Of a stretch of 8,328 nucleotides of DNA, positions 1 through 5,971 are shown one piece after another. The DNA comes from Candidatus Njordarchaeota archaeon (GTDB taxonomy: Archaea; Asgardarchaeota; Njordarchaeia; Njordarchaeales; JAHKLH01). The notes below the pieces were generated by a model, which had not been told where the DNA came from, did no database searches, and saw only the letters and a list, made by a program, of their open reading frames with translations. A program made the position numbers and the translations under genes. The stretch spans positions 1 through 8,328 of the forward strand of contig JAHKLH010000066.1 in the NCBI GenBank assembly GCA_029856635.1, in the 5' to 3' direction. Numbering within the stretch: the first letter of the stretch is position 1; each line of letters opens with the position of its first letter.

Positions 1-208
1 AAATAACACCGCCAACATCTGTTTTGTGAATAATATCGGGAGATAATATCTTAAAAACACATAGAAAGCCAACTTCCTTTGCAATCTTTACTGCATCCTC
101 ACGTGATTTTGCTATACCTCTCTTTGGGAAAGGTATTCCGTACCTTTCCAAGAGTTTTTTGGCCTCCAACTCAGTAAGTGGAATTCGAGTTACATGTTCC
201 GTATGCAT
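1..208 (-). CDS. ADP-forming acetyl/acyl-CoA synthetase, ATP-grasp (beta) domain. Only the N-terminal 69 codons are present; the gene continues past the window start.
   Basis: Not in the supplied track because it runs off the edge. The reverse complement from ATG at 208-206 reads MHTEHVTRIPLTELEAKKLLERYGIPFPKRGIAKSREDAVKIAKEVGFLCVFKILSPDIIHKTDVGGVI with no stop. The pattern LTE.EAK.LL..YGIP.P...A.....A..IA...G.P.V.K..SPDI.HK.DVGGV is the recognisable N-terminus of the ATP-grasp domain of NDP-forming acyl-CoA synthetases. Confidence 0.75.
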   Translation of the reverse strand, partial: MHTEHVTRIPLTELEAKKLLERYGIPFPKRGIAKSREDAVKIAKEVGFLCVFKILSPDIIHKTDVGGVI

Positions 209-230
209 TTATATCACAATTCTATTCAGT

Positions 231-245
231 AAAAAATAAAAAATA
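231..245 (-). promoter_or_regulatory. Candidate TATA/BRE region for the acyl-CoA synthetase gene
   Basis: The minus strand reads GTATTTTTTATTTTTT, centred about 27-32 nt upstream of ATG 208. This fits an archaeal TATA box with a leaderless or very short-leader mRNA. The call rests on sequence pattern only. Confidence 0.3.
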
Positions 246-339
246 CAACTACTAAGAGAAATGTATTAAGTTAGAGCAACTATACTACCATCATTGTATT
301 TAGAATTCCTCAGCACATGTGAAGATACTATTTGTTCTC

Positions 340-354
340 TTTAAAATTTAAAAA
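340..354 (+). promoter_or_regulatory. Candidate TATA region for metG
   Basis: TTTAAAATTTAAAAA lies in the divergent intergenic region. A transcription start about 25 nt downstream would fall just before ATG 386. Confidence 0.3.
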
Positions 355-430
355 GATAAGGTCTTTTTCTCAAAAGTCAGAAAAAATGGTGGTGCTCTTC
401 GAAAATAGAAGAAGTCTAATTAAAGAAAAA

Positions 431-2083
431 ATGTTTATTGTAACGGCCGCATTGCCCTATTGTAATGCAAAACTGCACGTAGGTCATTTAAGGTCAACTT
501 ACCTTCCTGCAGATATCTATGCCCGATTTCTCAAAAGTAAAGGTTATACTGCATTCTACGTATGTGGTAGTGACTGTCATGGCACTCCAATTCTAGTACG
601 TGCAATACAAGAACAAAAGAAGCCCGAGGAGATCGTTGAATACTATCATAATATAATCAAACAACAATTAGAGGACTCATTAATTCATTTTGATATTTAT
701 AGCAAGACATTTAATCCAAATCATTACAAAATGACTCAGGAGTTTTATGAGAGAATTAGAAAGAACGGATATACTTACAAAGAAAAGGTACAGAGTCTTT
801 ATTGCCCGAATTGTAAAATGGTGCTTCCAGACCGTTTAGTTCGAGGTACCTGTCCTTATTGTGGTGCAGAGAATCAGTATGGAGATTATTGCGAAGTTTG
901 CGGAAGAACATATACTCCACTTCAATTAAGGAATCCGCGATGTGGAATTTGTGGAAATACAGACTTGGAGATAAAAGAACTTAACCATGTTTTCTTTAGA
1001 CTATCTGAACTCTTAAATCCTGTTAAGAAATGGTTAGAATCTGCTAAGGTAACAGAGGGTGCTAAAAAATATGCACTAAATTGGATTAAGGAGGGACTCA
1101 GAGATTGGGACATTTCCCGAAGTATTAATTGGGGTGTTCCAATTCCTGGAGAAAAAAATCTTGTATTTTATGTTTGGTTTGATGCACCTATTGGATATAT
1201 CACATTCACCAAAGAATTGTTTGAATCCTTGGGAAAAGACTGGAGGAAAATATGGATTGAAGGAGAAGGATACATAGTTCATTTCATCGGAAAAGATATC
1301 ATTTATCATCATCTAATTTTTTGGCCTGGTATGCTTATAGCCGCAGAATTCGCTCTTCCAAATGAAATTAGAGTTCGAGGATTCGCTACACTTGAAGGTA
1401 AAAAAATGAGCAAGAGCAGAAGATGGTATATTCTTCTCGACGAGTTCTTCTCCTTTTTCGATCCAGAATACCTTAGATGGTACTGGACGACGACGACCTC
1501 AGAATCTCTCTCTGATGGAGATTTTTCATTTAGAACTTTAGAAGAAAAAGTCAATAATGTACTAATTGCAACTATTGGAAATTTCATTCATAGAATTCTT
1601 TCTTTAATCAAGCGAGGAAACATAAGAAATGGCACACTTATTGCTAATGCTATAAGCAAAGCACAAGCCATCATAAATGATACTTTGCAATTATATCACA
1701 CGAATCAGTTTGATAAGGCCGCTGAGAAAATTATTACCCTCGCAGGTTTCGGTAATGAGCTTCTTGGTAAAACGGAACCATGGCGAAACTTATCAACAAA
1801 GACTGCTCACGATGTACTTTTTACGTGTTTTGCGTTTATATTAGCACTTAATATGCTTATTGATCCAATACTTCCACGTAGTGCTAGAAGATTATCGGAA
1901 ATCTTACAATTAGAACAAAAACCGCATTTGTCAGACATAGACAAAGTTTTCGACTCTTCGTACATTAAAGTAATTCTTGAACAATTTGTTGAGCAGGGAA
2001 AGCCATTCATCCTCTTTAGAAAAATAAGCAGGCAAAGAATACAAGAACTACTTACATTACTTAAAAGGAGAGCAAAGGCATAA
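431..2083 (+). CDS. metG: Methionyl-tRNA synthetase (class I). This is the short form, without a C-terminal Trbp111/EMAPII-like appended domain.
   Basis: - Start: track ORF 332..2083. MFIVTAALPYCNAKLHVGHL matches the usual MetRS N-terminus, so ATG 431 is my preferred start. ATG 386 would add 15 aa and remains possible. TTG 332 is unlikely.
- Catalytic motifs: HIGH-type motif HVGH at 476-487 and KMSKS at 1403-1417.
- Zinc knuckles: four CxxC knuckles (CPNC, CPYC, CEVC, CGIC) at 803-952, typical of the archaeal two-zinc MetRS connective peptide.
- Also WFDAPIGY and an alpha-helical anticodon-binding C-terminus. Confidence 0.95.
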   Translation: MFIVTAALPYCNAKLHVGHLRSTYLPADIYARFLKSKGYTAFYVCGSDCHGTPILVRAIQEQKKPEEIVEYYHNIIKQQLEDSLIHFDIYSKTFNPNHYKMTQEFYERIRKNGYTYKEKVQSLYCPNCKMVLPDRLVRGTCPYCGAENQYGDYCEVCGRTYTPLQLRNPRCGICGNTDLEIKELNHVFFRLSELLNPVKKWLESAKVTEGAKKYALNWIKEGLRDWDISRSINWGVPIPGEKNLVFYVWFDAPIGYITFTKELFESLGKDWRKIWIEGEGYIVHFIGKDIIYHHLIFWPGMLIAAEFALPNEIRVRGFATLEGKKMSKSRRWYILLDEFFSFFDPEYLRWYWTTTTSESLSDGDFSFRTLEEKVNNVLIATIGNFIHRILSLIKRGNIRNGTLIANAISKAQAIINDTLQLYHTNQFDKAAEKIITLAGFGNELLGKTEPWRNLSTKTAHDVLFTCFAFILALNMLIDPILPRSARRLSEILQLEQKPHLSDIDKVFDSSYIKVILEQFVEQGKPFILFRKISRQRIQELLTLLKRRAKA

Positions 2084-2127
2084 AATCAAAAGCATTTTAT
2101 TTATCTGAACATATTGTTTGTTAATCA

Positions 2128-2133
2128 AGGTGA
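2128..2133 (+). promoter_or_regulatory. Shine-Dalgarno-like element for the HEAT-repeat gene
   Basis: AGGTGA lies 5 nt upstream of ATG 2139 and is complementary to the conserved archaeal 16S 3' end (SD consensus GGAGGTGA). This supports ATG 2139 over TTG 2118. Confidence 0.4.
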
Positions 2134-2138
2134 ATCTA

Positions 2139-3227
2139 ATGCGGCTGGATATGCTTGAAATGTGGCTAAGATCACCTAAGGCTTCTCGAAGGCGAAAAGC
2201 AATTCAAAAGCTTAGAAAGGAAGCACTCCGAAATGTATCTTTAATTGATAAGTACTTTGATCAATTTATTGAGCTCGTGAATGACGAGGATTGGGCCGTC
2301 CGTGCAGCAAGCTTACACTCTTGTATCGAATTCTCAAAAGTGAAGAAGAATTTAACTTCACGCGTACTACCAGTTATTAAAGAAAAGGTCAAAGATCCTT
2401 CTCCTAATGTGCGTGCTATCGCTCTAAGAGGCCTTAGTGAACTTCTTACAGAGGATATGCTTGAAGAGTTCATCTATGATGCTTACACACGTGCTATTAA
2501 AGATGAAAACAATGATGTAAGAATAGCCGCATTAGAGTTAGCGAAGAAAATTGCAAAGTATGATGCTGATTTCTTTGTAAAACACGTGGAGGAATTCTTA
2601 AATACGCTAAATTCTGATGCAGTTGGACCAATAAAGGAGAAAATTCTTGAGATATTTGCGGATAATATAGACAAATTAGATGAGAAAATGTTGCACGCCC
2701 TGAAAGATGCAATTTTCAAAAATATCAAACATAGAGATTTTGCTGTTCGAGTTGCATGTTTACGAACCTTATCAAAAATGTATGAACTTGGCAAAATAGA
2801 TGAGAACGAATTAAGGACAATCCTCAGGAAACGTCTAAGAGACGAAGCAATCCCTGTTAAAATTGCTGCAATCGAACTAATTGAAAAAATTATTGATAAG
2901 AATGCTAGATTCGCTGATAACTATCTGGATATAATTTCGAAGGAAATATTAAGAAAAGAAAAGAACCTTAGGCTAAAATTAAGAACCCTTGAAATGCTCG
3001 ATAAAACTGTAGATAAAATTCCTACAGAGATTGTTAATAAACATGAGTTACCCAGAACCTTGGACATACTCGATAAATTAACTGTTGAGAAAAGAGAAGA
3101 GCTTAGGAAAATAAAGATGCTTGCAAGACACATTCTTGAGGAAAAATTAGGCTTTACCTTTGAAAAGAGAAGAAAACTTTGGGGCTCAAAAGAAATAAGG
3201 AAAACACGAAAATTTGGTAGCAAATAA
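2139..3227 (+). CDS. HEAT-repeat (PBS-lyase/armadillo-like) protein with about 7 repeats and basic N- and C-terminal tails. Function unknown.
   Basis: Track ORF 2118..3227.
- Repeat cores recur every 36-39 aa: DEDWAVRAASL, DPSPNVRAIAL, DENNDVRIAAL, SDAVGPIKEKIL, HRDFAVRVACL, DEAIPVKIAAI, EKNLRLKLRTL (about nt 2283-3002). This is the classic D-x-x-x-x-V-R-x-x-A-(a)-L HEAT-like signature.
- The N-terminus is basic (RSPKASRRRKAIQKLRK), as is the C-terminus (EKRRKLWGSKEIRKTRKFGSK).
- No catalytic motif was recognised. Confidence 0.8.
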   Translation: MRLDMLEMWLRSPKASRRRKAIQKLRKEALRNVSLIDKYFDQFIELVNDEDWAVRAASLHSCIEFSKVKKNLTSRVLPVIKEKVKDPSPNVRAIALRGLSELLTEDMLEEFIYDAYTRAIKDENNDVRIAALELAKKIAKYDADFFVKHVEEFLNTLNSDAVGPIKEKILEIFADNIDKLDEKMLHALKDAIFKNIKHRDFAVRVACLRTLSKMYELGKIDENELRTILRKRLRDEAIPVKIAAIELIEKIIDKNARFADNYLDIISKEILRKEKNLRLKLRTLEMLDKTVDKIPTEIVNKHELPRTLDILDKLTVEKREELRKIKMLARHILEEKLGFTFEKRRKLWGSKEIRKTRKFGSK

Positions 3228-3245
3228 AATATTTTCTTCTTTCAA

Positions 3246-3258
3246 TTTTTGATTTTTT
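3246..3258 (+). terminator. Oligo-T tract after the HEAT-repeat gene (candidate archaeal terminator)
   Basis: TTTTTGATTTTTT lies in the 29-nt convergent gap, preceded by TTTTCTTCTTTC. Archaeal termination commonly uses oligo-T runs. The tract overlaps the stop codon of the convergent RFC gene. Confidence 0.25.
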
Positions 3259-5161
3259 AAGTTAGAAATTCCATCAGGGACTGCTGTTTCTTTTCTTCTT
3301 TTGATACTCTTTCTTTTGCTTCCTTTTTAACTTCCTTCTTCTCTTCTTTCGCTACTTCTACGGGAGTAATCAAAATTGGTATTGCTGCTAGTGATTTCGC
3401 AGCCAATTTTGCAGTCTCTTCATCATAAGCTTTAAGTGCACGAGATATTAGTGATGATTTAATTTTGAAATGACTAAGAAATGCAGACACTGAGTCACGC
3501 GATGCATGAATTTGAGCAGCAAATCTTCCAAATGCCTCTGGATTATTCTTAGCGAAAAGTTTTAGGAAACGAAGTTCACAAAGCGCCGCCTTGCGCGAAA
3601 TATGCGTAGCACGTGCATAAGTCCAAAGAAAAGCTGCGATACCACTTGGAGGTTTCACCTCTTCTATTGCAACCTCCTCTCGCTCCTCCTTAGCTTCTGT
3701 TTCCTCCTCTTTTTCTTCTTCAGTTTCTGTCACAGCATGTGTTTCGGTTTCTTCTCCATAGAGAAGCTTGTATAATTTTGATAATTCCTCACGAATAGTT
3801 GGTTTCCCGATTTTAATTCTTCTCAGTTTCCATATATTCTTCTCCTCCCTTCCGTATTTTGCCATAGCGTATGCGATTATATCAAGAATCTTATAGGCAA
3901 CTCTCCAATTTTGACTCAGCATTCCTTTCTTATATTGATAATCCGCGTGAGCTAACTCCATGTAAAACTTGCCAATATTACTTAAATCTACGAATTTTGT
4001 TGCATTTTCCCAGATCCATAAAAGTATTTCCCAAGGATCCATATCTGTTCCCGAAAGATACATCTTAGCGCGAATTATTGTTTTATCAAGATCAATACTT
4101 CCATCAGGCTTATGACTTTTGAATGAAAATGCAAAACGTACAGCATCATGAATACCTATCATTTGTGCACGTTCAAGAGATGGAAGTACTCCCGTGTAAT
4201 ACCAAGCTTCTAGTGCTTCAACGATACTACGATAATCTGGAGCCCAAATTAATCTTTCTATGACATCTTGGGGAACTTGAATATTAGCCCGTGTAGCAAA
4301 ATGCTTAATGAAATTTCTCACATCTTCTGGCTTAGGTCTATCAAAGAAAACCGTTATACACTTAGTCATAAGAAAACGCACACGAGAATCCGACATGTCA
4401 TTTGCTGCAAAAATTATAGGAACCCTCGCTTCGTCAATCATACCAATCAATGCTGAGAAACCCCCCCTATCAAACGTGCCACTCATACCATCTACTTCAT
4501 CGATAAGTATAATACGTGGTGGTTTATCCTCGGTAACTATAAAACCACCAGATTTAGATGCCGCTTGAATAATTTCCCGAACATATCGCCATGTACGAGT
4601 ATCTGATGCATTAAATTCAACATATTCAATACCCTCATCATTAGCAATACACATAGCTGTTGTTGTTTTCCCCGTTCCAGGAGGACCAACAAATAAAGCG
4701 GGATAAAATGGTGGTATATTATAAGGAATCTCTGGTGGTTTCACTTTTGATTTTACGTTTTGAAGAAAAAGCCTCCACATTTCTTTTAATTCTTGAATAA
4801 TCTTCTGTTTTGCACCCGCTTTAAATTCAATACCTACGTAACGACCCTTACTCTCAAATAGCTCATAATGTGATTTGGGAATTCCCCTTGCAGCAAGTCC
4901 AAATCTTGTTTCGAATTCTCTCAAAAAGAAGTTCTTCCAACGAGTTTTATATCTATTCCAGAATGTCCTGCCTTCTGATTCTTTGAAGAATTCTAACCAT
5001 TTGTTGTATGCTTTCCTCGTTTCAATAAACATGACCCACCATATTTTCCATGCACGCCACCACGAAAGGATCTTGTTTCTAATATAACTAGGTAGATAAA
5101 CCTCTGATAGACTTCTTGGTCTATACTTTTCAGTCCAAGGTACACGCCTTAGTTGAAGCAA
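3257..5161 (-). CDS. rfcL: Replication factor C (clamp loader) large subunit, with a long insertion between box II and the Walker A motif
   Basis: Track ORF 3257..5209 (TTG start).
- Motifs: RFC box II PWTEKYRP at 5117-5140; Walker A GPPGTGKT at 4664-4687; Walker B ILIDEVDG near 4490-4510; sensor-1-like PIIFAAND.
- Conserved large-subunit C-terminal region: DMDPWEILLWIWEN and ADYQYKKG..NWRVAYK.
- Charged linkers are followed by a terminal PIP box.
- Preferred start: in-frame TTG at 5161, giving MLQLRRVPWTEKYRP, preceded by GGGTG 6 nt upstream. This places box II at the N-terminus as in known RfcL. GTG 5170 or TTG 5209 cannot be excluded. Confidence 0.9.
   Translation of the reverse strand: MLQLRRVPWTEKYRPRSLSEVYLPSYIRNKILSWWRAWKIWWVMFIETRKAYNKWLEFFKESEGRTFWNRYKTRWKNFFLREFETRFGLAARGIPKSHYELFESKGRYVGIEFKAGAKQKIIQELKEMWRLFLQNVKSKVKPPEIPYNIPPFYPALFVGPPGTGKTTTAMCIANDEGIEYVEFNASDTRTWRYVREIIQAASKSGGFIVTEDKPPRIILIDEVDGMSGTFDRGGFSALIGMIDEARVPIIFAANDMSDSRVRFLMTKCITVFFDRPKPEDVRNFIKHFATRANIQVPQDVIERLIWAPDYRSIVEALEAWYYTGVLPSLERAQMIGIHDAVRFAFSFKSHKPDGSIDLDKTIIRAKMYLSGTDMDPWEILLWIWENATKFVDLSNIGKFYMELAHADYQYKKGMLSQNWRVAYKILDIIAYAMAKYGREEKNIWKLRRIKIGKPTIREELSKLYKLLYGEETETHAVTETEEEKEEETEAKEEREEVAIEEVKPPSGIAAFLWTYARATHISRKAALCELRFLKLFAKNNPEAFGRFAAQIHASRDSVSAFLSHFKIKSSLISRALKAYDEETAKLAAKSLAAIPILITPVEVAKEEKKEVKKEAKERVSKEEKKQQSLMEFLT
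3263..3286 (-). other. C-terminal PCNA-interacting peptide (PIP box) of RfcL
   Basis: The last residues, KQQSLMEFLT, fit Q-x-x-L-x-x-F-L. They are preceded by a Lys/Glu-rich linker (KEEKKEVKKEAKERVSKEEKK). Archaeal RFC large subunits such as that of Pyrococcus furiosus carry this arrangement. Confidence 0.65.
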
Positions 5162-5195
5162 GTAAAACACCCAAAATTCCCAAATAAAGATTAGT

Positions 5196-5864
5196 TCACG
5201 ACATAACAAAAAAGAAAAATGCCAAGATTAAAAAAGCTAATATGCTTGCTAGAACACAAGTGATTAGTGGAAGATTAGACGCGTAGTAGAGTGCTATCGA
5301 ACATAATATTACGCTCCATATAACAAATGGAATAAGTATCGCAATTGCTATACCTCCGCTCATTGGATTGCCTATTAGAGTAAGAGTACCTAAGAAAACA
5401 CCAAAAACTATTGGCACCAAGGAGTAACCTATTGCCGCTGCAGTTTGATCAAATGTTTGTGTTCCGCCAAACAATCTAAAAATCCAATTAATTATTGCTG
5501 AGATAATGAACCAAATTGACATAGCTATTAACACATTTAAGAAGAGAATCACTAGGAATGGGTAAAGACCAATAATTAGGCCAAGACTGCTGGAGATAAT
5601 TACATATCTCATTGAAAGAAATAGCGCTAAGACTAAAGTTATAAGACTTGGTCCTAAATAATCTGGAACTGCAACAATTTCTTGCATAGTACTTTTTGGT
5701 TTCATAACCACGTCGCGCATACGTTTTATAATATCTTTCATCTTTAAACGTAGTCTCATACGAAGTCTAATTATTAGTCTAAGATCTGTTCCACAATATG
5801 GACACATAAAGTAGCCGCTAGGTACTAAATTTCTACAACTTGGACATCTAATTGGTTTTTCCAT
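5196..5864 (-). CDS. Zinc-ribbon plus multi-pass membrane protein, probably Yip1-domain family
   Basis: Track ORF 5196..5873 (GTG start); ATG at 5864 gives MEKPIRCPSC.
- N-terminal CxxC-x13-CxxC zinc ribbon (CPSC...CPYC, 5793-5846).
- A basic linker follows, then KPKSTMQEIVAVPDYLGPSLITLVLALF. This resembles the start of prokaryotic Yip1-domain proteins.
- About 5-6 hydrophobic helices run to the C-terminus.
- The family call is from memory of the motif, not from a search. Confidence 0.7.
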   Translation of the reverse strand: MEKPIRCPSCRNLVPSGYFMCPYCGTDLRLIIRLRMRLRLKMKDIIKRMRDVVMKPKSTMQEIVAVPDYLGPSLITLVLALFLSMRYVIISSSLGLIIGLYPFLVILFLNVLIAMSIWFIISAIINWIFRLFGGTQTFDQTAAAIGYSLVPIVFGVFLGTLTLIGNPMSGGIAIAILIPFVIWSVILCSIALYYASNLPLITCVLASILAFLILAFFFFVMS

Positions 5865-5887
5865 GAAAATCACAAATATATCTTCTC

Positions 5888-5912
5888 ATTATATTATTCT
5901 CAATTATATTAT
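5888..5912. promoter_or_regulatory. Two identical 10-bp direct repeats (ATTATATTAT) in the divergent promoter region. Candidate paired TATA boxes or a regulator site.
   Basis: ATTATATTAT occurs at 5888-5897 and again at 5903-5912, spaced 15 bp start to start, in the 107-nt gap between the membrane-protein gene (-) and ribL (+). The first copy lies 24-33 nt upstream of ATG 5864 on the minus strand. Confidence 0.35.
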
Positions 5913-5956
5913 CCAAAGAATTCTAAACATGTTTTACTTTCTCTCAGATTATTATT

Positions 5957-5967
5957 GGGAGTGAGAT
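5957..5967 (+). promoter_or_regulatory. Shine-Dalgarno-like element for ribL
   Basis: GGGAGTGAGAT ends 4 nt before ATG 5972 and resembles the SD consensus GGAGGTGATC. Confidence 0.4.
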
Positions 5968-5971
5968 TAAG

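Noticed and set aside
332-430. An N-terminal extension of metG from TTG 332 (MFSLKFKKIRSFSQKSEK...).
   Set aside because: The extension covers the TATA-like element at 340-354 and has no counterpart in MetRS proteins, which begin a few residues before the ALPY...H.GH segment. ATG 431 is the more credible start, with ATG 386 as the alternative.
922-2010. Four minus-strand track ORFs (922..1113, 1076..1312, 1309..1587, 1807..2010) lie inside metG.
   Set aside because: They lie fully antisense to a strongly supported MetRS coding sequence. Their products are low-complexity and Ser/Phe/Leu/Ile-rich, with no motifs. These are typical shadow ORFs of an AT-rich gene.
2261-3223. Minus-strand track ORFs (2261..2473, 2483..2794, 2497..2712, 2921..3223) lie inside the HEAT-repeat gene.
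   Set aside because: They are antisense to a frame that shows a clear 37-aa HEAT periodicity. They overlap each other, have no motifs, and show the Ser/Phe/Ile-rich composition expected from the complement of Lys/Glu/Asp-rich coding DNA.
3270-3740. Long polypyrimidine tracts on the plus strand (for example 3270-3360 and 3655-3735), considered as possible H-DNA or repeat elements.
   Set aside because: They are the complement of Glu/Lys-rich codons (GAA/GAG/AAA/AAG) that encode the charged linkers of RfcL. Coding content explains them fully.
4715-5038. The possibility that the extra segment in RfcL is an intein. RFC subunits of some archaea do host inteins.
   Set aside because: There is no Cys/Ser/Thr at a plausible N-extein junction and no block B (TxxH) motif. 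There is no terminal His-Asn followed by Cys/Ser/Thr. The segment is too short (about 100 aa) and does not interrupt the P-loop, where the known RFC inteins sit.
3871-5087. Plus-strand track ORFs (3871..4068, 4268..4456, 4308..4568, 4875..5087) lie inside rfcL.
   Set aside because: They are antisense to the RFC large-subunit frame, which carries box II, Walker A/B and a PIP box. They have no recognisable motifs and overlap one another.
5162-5209. An rfcL start at TTG 5209, which would overlap the upstream gene by 14 nt.
   Set aside because: The 16 extra residues (MLCRELIFIWEFWVFY) are hydrophobic read-through with no RfcL equivalent. TTG 5161 with an upstream GGGTG places PWTEKYRP at the N-terminus as in known homologues. 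This is not fully excluded, so it is noted in the feature evidence.
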